Assembly (NCBI RefSeq): GCF_001447785.1
Contig: NW_015162031.1
Location: 66,075-130,074 of the forward strand
Direction of reading: 5' to 3'
DNA: 64,000 nt
From: Gekko japonicus
Lineage: Eukaryota
The translations under genes and the position numbers were made by a program. The notes beneath the pieces were generated by a model that did not search any database, was not told the origin of the DNA, and was given only the letters and a program-made list of their open reading frames with translations. Shown here piece by piece: positions 35,834 to 48,047 of this stretch; position 1 is the first letter of the stretch, and every line of letters begins with the position of its first letter.

Positions 35834-36799
35834 TCAACGCTTCCGGTCTATTTCTTCAAAGCCCACCCAGGAAAAGCAAGGAAAATTAGTCATGGCTCTG
35901 CGCAGAGCCAGCTGCATGTCCTTGTTTCTCAAGCTATAGATGATGGGATTCATGACTGGGGGCAAAACTGTATACAGAACAGCAGCCAACAAATCCACAG
36001 TTGGAGACGACAAGGCTTTGGGCCTCATGTATGAAAATGAAACAGTGAAGAAAAACAAACAAAAGACTGTCAAGTGGGGAGTGCAGGTAGAGAAAGCTTT
36101 TTGCCTGCCCTGAGCTGACTGAATCTTGAACACAGCAGAGAAGATGTAAACATAGGAAACAGATATGACTGTAAAGCAAAATGGGCATAAGCTAAATGAA
36201 CTGGCAAAAATGAGGCTCTGAACAGTTGCTGTATCAGTGCAAGATATCTTTAATAACTGTGGCATATCACAGAAATATTGGTCAATAACGTTGGACTGAC
36301 AGAGCTGTAATGAAAATGTGTTCACAGTATCTACCACTGCTATGGTGACAGAGATGACCCAAGAAGCAGCTGCCATTTGGAAGCAAACATTCCAGTTCAT
36401 GATCAACTGGTATCGTAGAGGATGGCAGATGGCTGCATAGCGGTCATAAGCCATGGCAGTGAGAAGGAACAGCTCAGAACTTGCAAGCAAAATCACCAGG
36501 AAAACCTGAGCAACACATCCAGGGAATGAAATCTGCTTGCTGCCCATCAAAGAATTCACGATGGATTTGGGAACTGTAGTTGAAATGTAGCAGACATCAA
36601 CAATGGAAAGGTTGACCAAGAAGAAATACATGGGACTGTGAAAGTGGAGATTGTGGGCGACAGCTGCAATTAGGAGAAAGTTTCCCATCAAGGCCACTAA
36701 ATAAATGGCGAGAAAGAACACGGCATGTAGAATCTGTAGTTCTCGAAGACTGGCAAATCCCAGAAGGACAAATTCTGTCACAATGGTTTGGTTTACCAT
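35834..36799 (-). CDS. Olfactory receptor, OR14-like, 321 aa, intact; paralog of 24644-25609
   Basis: All OR motifs present. Splice acceptor at 36819-36820. Confidence 0.96.
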   Translation of the reverse strand: MVNQTIVTEFVLLGFASLRELQILHAVFFLAIYLVALMGNFLLIAAVAHNLHFHSPMYFFLVNLSIVDVCYISTTVPKSIVNSLMGSKQISFPGCVAQVFLVILLASSELFLLTAMAYDRYAAICHPLRYQLIMNWNVCFQMAAASWVISVTIAVVDTVNTFSLQLCQSNVIDQYFCDMPQLLKISCTDTATVQSLIFASSFSLCPFCFTVISVSYVYIFSAVFKIQSAQGRQKAFSTCTPHLTVFCLFFFTVSFSYMRPKALSSPTVDLLAAVLYTVLPPVMNPIIYSLRNKDMQLALRRAMTNFPCFSWVGFEEIDRKR

Positions 36800-36929
36800 T
36801 TGATTACTTGGACAAAGACTGTGAAAAGGAAAGAAAGCATGCTGTCAAAATGATGATCTCAATAGAAATCTAAGCCTTTTTCAGAAATGAAGAAAAATAA
36901 TTTGTGTTCTGTTTCAACTTCCCCCCCCT

Positions 36930-37095
36930 TTCAAGTCACAGCTGATGTATGGCAACCCTATGGTAGTTTGCCATTGCCTGCCTCTACAGAGTAACTCTGG
37001 TATTCCTAGGAGATCTCCCATCAAAATACTAACCAGGGCCAATCCTACTTAGCTTCTGAGATCTGATAGTATTGGCCAAGCCTGCACTATCCAAT
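36930..37095 (-). mobile_element. 5S rRNA-derived SINE
   Basis: The reverse complement has CAGATCTCAGAAGCTAAG...TGGTTAGTATTTTGATGGGAGA (5S A/C boxes) plus a non-5S tail. A partial paralog lies at 25855-25935. Confidence 0.7.
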
Positions 37096-37844
37096 ATTTT
37101 TAAAATGTGACATTTTGATTTACCTGACTTTCCCCCAGACTTTCTTTACTTTCTTGCATTGCTGTTTATTTCTTAAAAATTAACAATACTGTCCTAAACA
37201 GAGTTATACCCTTCTACATCCATTGATTTTAATGGACATAAAAGGGTGTAACTCCACTAGGGATTCTACTGTAAATTGTTAATTTTCACTTCCTATTAAA
37301 AACTTCTATGCAGAATCCTCTTTCACAAAAGAGAGTAAAACATATTACATAATGTGAAGAATGGATTAGTACCACATACACTGAAGACCATTTCCCCACA
37401 GTCTACTTGTAAAATCACAAACATCTCTTAAGCTGTTTTATCAGACTTTGGAAATACATGGAAGCCAGTCTTTGTAGTCGGGTTTCCCCCCTCTGCTGGG
37501 AACAAATGGCTTGTAGTGTGGCAACCATTTTTGAGAAGTCATTATAGTGTTAATTTGTTGTTGTTAATTGTCACAGTTATATATTTGACTGGTAGATGGT
37601 TTTCTGTAAGGATGGACACAAACTTGGTCATAAACTAAAGTTCATAATGAATTTTTGCCAGTTTGTGGTTTGCCAAGTGATGTTCATGGCATGTCAACCA
37701 GCATGAACTTTCGAAGAACTTTTCAGACTTTTGTGGTGTTTTGTGGTGGTTCGTGAACAGATACATTTCCAGACAGACTGTCTCCACTCAATCTAAATGC
37801 TTACAAAACTTCAGAGCAATGGGGGGAACTTGGAGGGCATGTAG

Positions 37845-38126
37845 AGGAGGAGGAGAAGAAAAAGAGATTGGATTTATACCCCGTCCTTCACTCAATGTCA
37901 CAGAGTGGCTTACAATCTCCTTTCCCTTCCCCTCCCCCACAATGGACACCCTGTCTCAGGTGGGGCTGAGAGAGCTCTTTCAAGAACTGCCCTGTCAAGG
38001 ACAGCTCTTGTCAGAACTATGGCTTGCCCAAGGTCATCCAGCAGCTGCAAGTGGAGGAGTGGGGAATCAAACCTGGTTCTCCGTGATTAGAGTCTGCACA
38101 CTTAACCACTACACCAAACTGGCTCT
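37845..38126 (-). mobile_element. Full-length tRNA-derived SINE (Squam3-like)
   Basis: A box TGGTGTAGTGG, B box GGTTTGATTCC, L2-like tail and a CT-rich end. Confidence 0.8.
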
Positions 38127-38129
38127 TGC

Positions 38130-38940
38130 CCATCTGAGGGTGGTCCCCTGCAACTTTCATATCTCTTACTTGCACTGGATGGTAACTTTCTTTCCCCCAA
38201 GATGCTCTAAGTCTACTCGTAGGTCAATTAAAAGGATGAAACAATTGCCCACATGGTCACTGTCAGCGACAAAAATTGCTCAGGCTGACTATAAATAATG
38301 TCACAATAGAGTTGCAGCTGTGTTGCACTGGAATCTTTGCAAGAAATATGGCTTACTATTAACCAGAAATTCATGAGAGCACAAACCAGACAAGATCATG
38401 GAAAACGATGAAACAAAGGTTCTTTGGGACTTCCAGTTAGAAACAGATAAACAAACACCTGGAACATAACATCCTTCATATCACAATTGTGTGTGTGTGG
38501 GGGGGGAGAATGCGAAATAGGGTTTGGATCATTAACACTGGAATCCCAGGAGACAGCAGAACAGAAAAGAAAAAAAAAACAGGAAAATATTAGATATTTG
38601 ACTGGTAGATGGTGTTCTGCAATCTGAGATCTAGCCAAGTTCTTGGGAATTGCAAATGGGTCTTCACAGGATTCTTGCTGTTCCAAGCAACTCTGTTGTC
38701 TGGAGCTGAGCTGGTGTTATTTGCTCAATGTTCCAGATGTCCAGTGTTTCTTGAGACTTCTAGACACTGCACTAAGGGCTCCAATGACAACTGGCATGAT
38801 GGTTACCTTTTTCTCCCATAGGTGCTCTAAAATTCTATTTGTATGTCTTGGTATTTAATGGTCTTCTTCTTTCATTTCTATTCCATTGCCTCCTGGGATT
38901 CCATTGTCAATGATCCAAACCCTATTTCTCTCTTTTTCTT
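38130..38940. mobile_element. R4/Dong-like LINE 3' fragments in both orientations
   Basis: Plus strand reads KIAQADYK*CHNRVAAVLHWNLC...VLWDFQLETDK. An overlapping region recurs inverted at ~38600-38940. Confidence 0.7.
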
Positions 38941-39671
38941 TTTCTTTGCCCCAGCCCTAATGACCTATTCCCCTACCACCAAAGGTCAAAGAAAATCATG
39001 GTAATTTGATGAGACTTTCAAAAATGTACACATTCCCATCCACACCATGTACAAGCCCAATGTCACCCTTATGGTGGCAGAGGCCTCAGACTAGGGGCCC
39101 AGGACTTTGGACTCTGGATTACCCTTCACTTTCTTCCCTTGCTTTTTACTCATTTTTGTGTTATTTCCCTTTACAGGCTCTGGGTGCTTCCCCTGGTCCT
39201 CCACCAGCCTAGCTCCCTTACCACCAGCATGCCTTTCTCCATTCTGTGTCTGTGCCACCAAGTCAGTGTTGTTGGTGGGTCAGAGGGGGCCTCATCCCCA
39301 TCTGATGGCCTCCCTTTCCCCTTCCTGGGAGACCATGAGGCTTATCCCTGCGCAGGAGGTCTGCACCATCTCTGTTTGGACTCACAAACTTTCTGCATTA
39401 GCAAAAGGAAGTCCTTCCTCAGCAACTTTTTGGAGTCCTTTGAGAAAGTGAACCAGCATGTAGACAATGTTGACCAGTAGACATTATATACCTGGACTTT
39501 CAAAAAGTTTTTGAGCTCAATAAAACTCCTGAGTAAACTTAGCAGTCATGGGATAAGAGGACAGGTTCTCCTATGGATTAAAAACTGATTAAGTGTCAGG
39601 AAACAAAGACTGGAATAAATTTACATTTCTCAAGCAGTGGGGGGTCCCACAAGGGCCAGTACTATTTAATT

Positions 39672-40238
39672 CAGGGGTGTTGAACTCATTTGTTATGAGG
39701 GCTTGATCTGACATAAATGAGACCTTGTTGGNNNNNNNNNNNNNNNNNNNNNNNNNNNNNNNNNNNNNNNNNNNNNNNNNNNNNNNNNNNNNNNNNNNNN
39801 NNNNNNNNNNNNNNNNNNNNNNNNNNNNNNNNNNNNNNNNNNNNNNNNNNNNNNNNNNNNNNNNNNNNNNNNNNNNNNNNNNNNNNNNNNNNNNNNNNNN
39901 NNNNNNNNNNNNNNNNNNNNNNNNNNNNNNNNNNNNNNNNNNNNNNNNNNNNNNNNNNNNNNNNNNNNNNNNNNNNNNNNNNNNNNNNNNNNNNNNNNNN
40001 NNNNNNNNNNNNNNNNNNNNNNNNNNNNNNNNNNNNNNNNNNNNNNNNNNNNNNNNNNNNNNNNNNNNNNNNNNNNNNNNNNNNNNNNNNNNNNNNNNNN
40101 NNNNNNNNNNNNNNNNNNNNGTGAATGGGCAACAGTGTGGCAAATGACACAGCAGAGGACACCCAGTTCTACTATGGGCCTGATAGAAGCCAACCGGGGG
40201 TCTGATCCAGCCCCCGGGCTGCATGTTTGACACCCCTG
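39672..40238. mobile_element. hAT DNA transposon/MITE nested in CR1, spanning an assembly gap
   Basis: TIRs CAGGGGTGTTGAAC and GTTTGACACCCCTG, 8-bp TSD ATTTAATT (39664-39671 and 40239-40246). Confidence 0.9.
39732..40120. other. Assembly gap (N run)
   Basis: Run of Ns. Confidence 1.
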
Positions 40239-43200
40239 ATTTAATTTATTAATCAATGAGCTGGAATTGGGGGGGGGGGGAGTAGTGTAATGACCAAGTT
40301 TGCAGATGACACAAAAGTATTCAGGATAGCAGAAAACAATGCTGACTGTGAAGCGCTCCAAGAGGACCTCCACAAATTGGGTGAATGGGCAACAGTGTGG
40401 CAAATGAAGATCAGTGTTGGTAAATTTAAGGTGATGTACACTGGGACAAAAAAATCCCAACTTCAAGTATAGGCTAATGGAGTCTGAACTTGCTGAGACT
40501 GAGAGGGAAAAAAGATCTTGAGGTCGTAGTGGATAGCACAGTGAAGGTATCAACCCACTATGCTGCAGTGGTGAAAAAGGCAAAATTATGTCAGGGATTA
40601 TTAGGAAAAGGATTGAAAATAAAATGGCCAAAATTGTAATGTCTCCGTATAGATCTATGGTGTGGCCTCATTTGGAAGACTGTATACAGTTCTGGTCACT
40701 GTATTTAAAAAAGGACATTGCAGAGCTGGAAAAAGTACAGAGGAAGGCAACTATGATGATTAGAGGGTTGGAGCACCATCCCTATGAGGAAAGACTTTTC
40801 AGTTTTAAAAAGAGACAACTGAGGGGGAACATGATAGAGGTTTATAAAATTAGGCATGAGGTAGAGAAAGTTGACAAAGATACATTTTTTCTCCCTCTCC
40901 CAAAAATACTAACTCGAGAACATCCAATGAAACTGATGAGCAGTAGTTTCAGGAGAGTGATTAACATGGGGAATTTGCTGCCAGAGGACATAGTGATGGC
41001 CAGAGGACTAAGCAGCTTTTAAAAGGGATTAAACATGGAGGATAAGTCTATCAATACCTACTAGCCATAGTCACTGAGAGGAACCTCCACATTCAGAGGC
41101 ACTCAGCCTCTGCATCCCAGAGCCAGGAGGCAACATCAAAGGAAGGCTTCGGCCTCTCTGCCCTGTTGTTGTCTGTCCAGAGGAACTGGCTGGCCACTGT
41201 GTGAGACAGTATGCTGGACTAGATGGACCATTGATCTGATCCAGCAGGATTCGTCTTATGTTCTTACGCCTGCCAGGTGGTCCTCCTCTTTTGTGCTGGA
41301 AAACCATGGGGACAGACCCCATGTCCTTGTCATCATCATTCTACCACATCCAGCCTTCTTGTGTTTAAATCTGGTTGGGCCAGTTGGAGTGCCTAGCAGT
41401 TGCATGGAACCTGTAAGGCTGGTCCTCGGCTCACACCCATTGTGACTGTGATCTTTCAGGAAAGATGGCAGCAATGCAGGTTAGAAAAAGAACAGAGCAA
41501 TGCAGTAGAAACCTGACAGATAAATGAAATGAGGCTGATGAAGTGTGGATACTTTTTTAGAAAAATAAACACACAAAAATAAAATTATCCACCAGTATGG
41601 GGTTGAATCTAGATAGCTTTTCCACTTAATATTCTCCAATTGACTTCTTTATTACTGCTCCTGTAACATGCAGCTTTTGTTCATGCCAGTCCCCTGAACT
41701 CCAGCATAGTCTTTTTGGTGGTCAAAGGGTGCTCATGGCTTCTCTTTTCACTAGCAGAAAAACTGGTTTGATCCAACCCAAATTCTAAAAAGCAAAAGCT
41801 TCTTGTGGAAGGAACCCTTGTTTTATGGAAGGGAGAAGATTCTAAGCAAAGTTAATTAAGGATAAAGCAGGAATAACTGACAGTACAAAAAAAAAAGTGT
41901 TAATATGTAGAGGGAAAGCTTGGATGCAATGGGAAAATTTGCAACATCAGAGCATGGCTTATTCATTTCCAACCAACTGGAGCCCCAAATGTCCACCAAA
42001 ACATACTCCTGAGGGACAGGGGACCCCCCACCCGGAAAAATCTTTGGTAGGATCCAACCCAAGCAATAGAATGTGAGAAAACAGGCGGAAAGGCAAATTT
42101 GCTGGTTCTAACCACCTTGGAGTTGAGTGGAAGATGCAGAACAAAGGATTCCTACCTGTTCTCTGAAGCTGCATCACACAGATTTGCTAAAGTGCTGCCT
42201 CTAAGTTTCAGGGAACCCCCCCCCCCCAAGGAACCATACTTAGTTTGATACTCAGCTGTTAGGAGAGTAATCAGGTAATATATTTCCCCTTCTTCTCCTC
42301 CCTTTCATCCAATAAAAACCGCTTGCAAATCTACTCAATCGCATGTAGTACCATACCATATTTTTTACTTGCGTAATGTTACATCTAGCAAGATTGCTTC
42401 ATAAACAGATACAAACCCACACATTCAAATATCCCATTTTACTGAGGGAAACCAGAATATTCCTTAGAAGTGTGTGTGCATGAGTGCCTTCATTCATCTC
42501 CATGGATGAAAGGAAGAATTCTCCTACTGTGGGGAAATCAATACTAATTTTGTCTACCCCATTTGTGACAGTTGTCCTACTAAAAAGCAAGAACAGATAG
42601 TTCTGAGATCTTTTTATCTGCTCGTATGGTAGTCTTTACATTTGCCATTCAAATGCTATTTCAAGTTCAGACACTATATGCTGTACTTTAGTTCTTAAAA
42701 ACAGCACATGAACATTGATAGTGTGTTGTTTGTTCAACAAGGATAATGCTCACCTCTGTAGCTGCTTGTCACAGATGACGAGTGTGTTTGAGCCTCGGGT
42801 TGCTGTTTATTGGAGAAAGCACATTATGAAGAATGTAAGAAATCATTTGTGGTTTTGGTGGTCTCTCAGGGAGTTGCATCATAGAAATGCACCCTGAGGA
42901 ACAATGTACCAAAAATATGTCACAAGAGTATTTCTCTCTCTCTCAAGTCTTTTATGTTCTGGCTCAGAAACTTTGGTTTTAAGTACCTGCTACCTACAAG
43001 AGAGTATAATCACTCATGCATGAATGGAAGGGGTACTCTATAGTATATTTTGATGCCAGTACATCATGGAAATGCACCTTGAGGAACAATTTACCCAAAT
43101 GATGTCACTGAAGCATTTCTCTCTCTTTCAAGTCTTTTAAGTACCTGCTACCATAAAGAGAGTATAATCTCTCATGCATGAATGAAAGTGGTACTCTATG

Positions 43201-43699
43201 GAATAATTTGTTGCCAATACATATCTGGTCCTTGTGGTGGCCTCAAAAGTAGATAAAAATGAAAGGAAAGCTGCAGAGCTTATCTGACTCTCAGTCTCCA
43301 TTAGGGGGCCAGGTTGTCCCCATTAACCAGGTTCCTATTGCTGCTCAGTGGAACAGTGGGGGCAAAATGTGTGGGGGGGCAGGTGTAGTGCAATGTCATG
43401 ATGTTGCTTCTGGTTGCTCTAGGAATTTCCTAAATCTCTATGGTTAAGATCATAGTTAGTTGGGAACTTTCTATAATGTTGTGCAACACCCTGATGACAC
43501 TTCCATCTAAGCAAGTAAAAGTGATGTCATGGTGGCATGTTAAAGTCTTTATTTCAAGTCTCTGCCCCTTGGAAGCTTCTGGCTTGCATTGTTTATCTGC
43601 TTTGGGGAAGAGGCATAGAGCCGGGGTGGGACTTGGGCAGAACCAAAAGCAGGAGAGGAAAATGGAAAACCTTGAACAGGGATGAAGAAAACCTAGATT

Positions 43700-43850
43700 T
43701 AGGGGTGTAAAGCTTGTGTACTCAACATTTTTGGCCCTGGCTCCAGCTTGGTGGAACTCTTTGCCTACCAACATCAACGCCCTGCAGGATCTGTTACAAT
43801 TCTGCAGGGCCTGTAAGACAGCGCTGTTCCGCCAAGCATATAGCTGAGGA
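43700..43850 (+). mobile_element. L2-like 3' fragment
   Basis: GCCCTGGCTCCAGCTTGGTGGAACTC... (APAWWNSLP), similar to 59990-60100. Confidence 0.6.
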
Positions 43851-43995
43851 CAGCAATGGTTTCAACATCAATGGTATTTAACATCAATGGTTTTAACATC
43901 TATTCTTTAGTTCCCCACCAGACGAATCCAATCATCTACAGCATGCAGAACAAAGAAAACAAACTGTCAATGTGGGAACACTTTTTCTTCCTTAA

Positions 43996-44147
43996 TGCTG
44001 CAATCATACACACTAAGTAATGTATTTTCAATTCACTTTCAATGCTCTTTCCAACTGGATTTTGCCAGTTCACACAGTAAAATTCAGTTGGAAAGAGCAT
44101 TGAAGTGGTATTGAAAGTGCATTATTTAGTGTGTGTGATCACAGCCT
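43996..44147. mobile_element. Fully palindromic MITE, Harbinger-like
   Basis: ~70-bp imperfect inverted arms flanked by TAA on both sides. Confidence 0.75.
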
Positions 44148-44728
44148 AAGTTAGTCTTTCGTCATAAATGAAAATCTGTTCATAGGTGTTCATTTGTTCA
44201 GAAACTCCTGATGTGGCACTGGCATTACTCACTCATTTTAAGCACAACTTCCCAAATATGACACAAAGCCATTGGGTTGGATCCAATCCATTTCACCACT
44301 AGTGAAAAAGACAGGATGTGGGTTTTGTTTTGTTTTTACAACCAGAAGGCTATGCTGAAGATCATGGAAATAATATGAACAAACACCATAAGAGAACAGA
44401 GGCTCTAATAAAGTGAGGAATTTGATGAGGTTAATCAAGAAAGCTTGCTGTATCCAAAACATTGTTCATTGTTATTGTAGTTGAGGATCAAATCATGGTT
44501 TAAACTCAGAGTTTCAGGGTGGGCCACAGTTGCTACCCAGCTGCTATTTTCATTTGACTACAGAAGATTGAAAAAGACAGATCAAAGATCTGAGCAGGTA
44601 AAATTGTGTCCCATAATTCAGCCCATATATTCTTTCTTCTAGCAATGGCTATCTACTGGATGGACAATGTGGAGATGGATAGCCAGTGAGAACAGTGTAT
44701 CTTTATACACAGGCATTTGCTATACAAT

Positions 44729-45490
44729 GGCTGCGGTCACACGGAACAGTAGCCACACTAGAGAGACGGAAGACATGCGGAGTTTCCGGGCGCGATCTCA
44801 CCGGCACATCTGGGAAGCGTAGCGCTTCCGTGGCTCAACTGCGGCTTCCCGCCGAAGAAGCGCAGCAAAAAATTAGTACCTCTGAGGTACTAGTTTCCGG
44901 AAACTGCGGGGCAAGGGCGGGCGTCTGATCGCGTTTCTGGTGGCATCCGGTGCCCACCCATGTCCCCTCGCAAACAGGTTGTTTTGTTTTCCCAAGGCTC
45001 CACGGATGCGCACAGGCACCCAACAGAGCATGTGCACACTTCCGTTTTAAAACGTAAACAAAACACAACGATCTAACCGGAGTGACGGCCCTTTTCTTTC
45101 TTTGAAGTTTCGGGAGAATGGGGGGGGGGAGGCATTGCCCCTGAACCGCAGGTCTCCGCGCTTTCGCTCTCTGGTGAGTGTTGAGATCAGCCCCCTCCGA
45201 AGGGAACTGCCCTGGCTCCAAGTCCAAAGCCGTTTAAGTCAGCGAGGGGGGGGGGTCGTGCTTCCGAAGAACCGGGCCTGTGTGTTTCTTGCCAGGTGTA
45301 GCTGTCTGCAGCTAGGCTCCGCAGGCGAGGGGGCCCACTTCTTTGCTTGTGGTGTGATTGGCACCCCCCCTCCCACGGAACTTTGACGGAACCTCCTCGG
45401 GAAGTCTGGTCGTGAACCCGCGGGTTTGTTTGCCCCGGGGCTAACTGCTGCACTTCCCCGCCGCAGTTTCCTGGCCGTGTGACTGGGACC
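44729..45490. mobile_element. CpG-rich MITE, Harbinger-like
   Basis: Imperfect TIRs GGCTGCGGTCACACGG and CCGTGTGACTGGGACC. The TSD is not clean. Confidence 0.6.
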
Positions 45491-47229
45491 TAAGTAGAAC
45501 AATTCTGAGTGGCCAATAAAAGTGAGCATTTCTTCTATAATTCAAGATTCTTGCAATTTGAACAGAGGAGTGGCCACATATCTCTGCCTCCCCCCATTTA
45601 TCTTCCATTCTCTGTATCTTTTTAATAACTTAAAACTTTCAGGAAAGGCACAATATCCTAAAATGTCAGGTTTCTGAAACAGTAACTGGAATTAGTAAAA
45701 AAAAAATAGTTTCCTGAGAAAGAGCAGGGAGAAGTTGAACATTGTGTTTTAGAATGATGAAACATATACTTCCTACAGCAGGAAAATCCCACACCAATTT
45801 TACTGTATCAAGGTTGATTTTCACCAGAATTTAATAGTGTTTTTTTTTTGTGAAATTAGGAGAAATCTATGATCTCAACAATGTATCGTCCCTCAGGTTT
45901 GATTTTTGTTTCTTTGTTTTTAATGCTTGATTTGATAGGACATGGAAAGCTAAAATATTTTCTTTAACATTGGAACAGACTCTAGAGGAGCTTAGCAGCT
46001 TTATTTGGGGGTGGAGTGCTCTGTATCTCCCAGTAATGGCATATCCATGTTGTTTCAAAATGGCTCCACAATGGATCTATTATAGTAATCTTGTATATTG
46101 TATCTAACAGTCAAGTTTTTTTCACTCTTTGTTTTGGCTGTAGGGCATCAATGTAATTTGAAAATGACTTCTCAACACTATTTTAAACTTCACATTCTCA
46201 GTTAAAATAGCACAAAGGTTCAGGGGTGTCCCTAGAGAAACAATTAAACTTAATTTTAAATGAGTTCATAGACATTTGGTAAAACGGTCAGGTAATTACA
46301 CTTCATTAATGTAATTGGGAAGTACTGCAATACTCGACATGCATTATTTTCTCCTTGATTTCTCTTCACAGCATTAAACAAACATAATATGAATACAAAC
46401 TTTTTAGGGTGGTGGTTACAGCTAATATTTGAATATTAGTCTCCTTAGGTCATGAGAAGTTATTTTAAGGTCATGGGAGCTACATCATCTTATTGTAGCT
46501 CTGAAAACTGTACAAGCATTACATGAGTCACCATGAAAGGATAATTTCTGTTGATTTTTCTCATTTCCCTGAGAAATTAATTAAAGCAGTAGGTAGTACA
46601 ATTTTCTTTTTGTTTTACTCTTCCAAAGATTATTCTTTTCAAAATGAAGACTTTGGGGCACTTCAGGCAAAAACGTATGATTTAGTTTCAAAGGATGCAC
46701 CTTAATGATTAAACAAAAATAAATAAATCAGGCTTTCAACTCCTATTGCAACAAAAGCAGAGGAATGAGAAGTGGTCTTCAGTTGATTATAGCCATAAGC
46801 AGCAGCCCAGCCCAACCACTGTTCTGGAATAAACTGCATAAATCCAATATATATAGGACTGCTAGGGCTAATTCTTTATTTTAGCATACCTGGAATCTTG
46901 GCCATCTAGGCCCATTACAGAGGCACATCTTACTGCAGATTTTCAGAACAGTAAGCCTTTAATCTTGACTTTGGATTCTGTGCCCGCCTTACACACCAAT
47001 CTTTTTTCTCTGGTGTATTTCTTATGCAACCACACTTTTAAAAAAACCATGTTTCTAAATAGGAATGGAATATCACTTGTGAAATGTGGGGGGTTGCATC
47101 CATTAAAAACAACAACACGTAATTGCCCTATTGCAACTGTGCAGTAGCATCCAGCAAGACCCTTCCATTTAAATCCTTGTGGTTCAGTGTTTGTACATGC
47201 TTTATAGCATTAGTTTGTCAAATGAAGGG

Positions 47230-47230
<1 letters not shown>

Positions 47231-47271
<41 letters not shown>

Positions 47272-47790
47272 TGATGATGATGATTATGATGATAATGATA
47301 ATGATGATAATAATAATAATCTTTTGATTTATTAATCGCTCAATCCTTGCAGAGCTGCTGGCTCTGAGTGATTTACAGTTACTCATGTATTCACAAGGGA
47401 CTAACAATGATAGGGGTAAGGGAGGACCACATATATCATTAAATCGCACACATTTCACAGCCGACGGGGAGTTTATCCAGCTGTAAGCTTCAGACGTGTT
47501 CCAATGGCATTCTCCCTCGGCATGGCTTGATGTCGTCAGCTCTCTCAGTTGCAGCGCAACACTGCCACCGCCTGGCTGGAATTGCCCATTACAGGCCATG
47601 ATGCTGAATATAGCTCTCCAGGCTTTTGATCTCACGTGCTGGACCTTCCATTCGTCGACTAACACCTCCCCCACCGGGGGGTTTAGTGTGCCCGCCCTCT
47701 CTAAGGAGTGGTACCCATTTCATCTACTCGTCGAAGTGCCCATTTCATCTACTCGCCCATGTGGCTCCCCCAAACTTTTTCACTAAATCA
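47231..47790 (-). mobile_element. SINE-like retroposon with a Sauria-SINE-like core and an L2-like tail with (ATT/ATC)n
   Basis: Minus strand has GCGAGTAGATGAAATGGG (duplicated), TGTAAATCACTCAGAG...GAGCGATTAATAAAT and a microsatellite tail. Confidence 0.55.
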
Positions 47791-48011
47791 TTAAAGGGGA
47801 AAAATGTTTTTAATTTTATTTATTTCCACAATGGGCCTTATTGCTAGTAAGATATAAAATCAATACCAAAACATTAAACCCAAAAGCTGAGGGGTGGGGA
47901 GCTCACAGCTGCTTAGCTGTTTCTCATGAAGAGCTTTCTGTCCTTCATCAACTGTCAAGAAACACCATGAATTGTGCCAAAAATTCATGGAAGTTGGTCC
48001 CGGTTCTTCAG

Positions 48012-48012
48012 T

Positions 48013-48047
<35 letters not shown>

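Larger units (their letters stand above)
39390..41266 (+). mobile_element. CR1 LINE, 5'-truncated and degenerate
   Basis: IYLDFQK, GVPQG, KFADDTK, ELEKVQRKAT, LRGNMIEVYKI, ending in a CTTATGTTCTTA tail. Confidence 0.92.
31900..43410. repeat. Tandem segmental duplication, unit 2
   Basis: Collinear with 17270-31850; the OR paralogs are offset by 11190 bp. Confidence 0.85.

Noticed and set aside
37845-38126. tRNA gene
   Set aside because: Has A/B boxes but no cloverleaf, and continues into a SINE body.
39589-40631. Long ORFs across the N run, and a 27-bp duplicate at 40121 and 40381
   Set aside because: The ORFs consist of X residues, and the duplicate sits at the gap edge and is probably an artefact.
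44729-45490. CpG-island promoter
   Set aside because: Bounded by inverted termini like the other CpG-rich MITEs, with no associated gene start.
47210-47674. Poly-Ile, poly-Asn and poly-Glu ORFs (also 32239-32619)
   Set aside because: These are translations of microsatellite tails.
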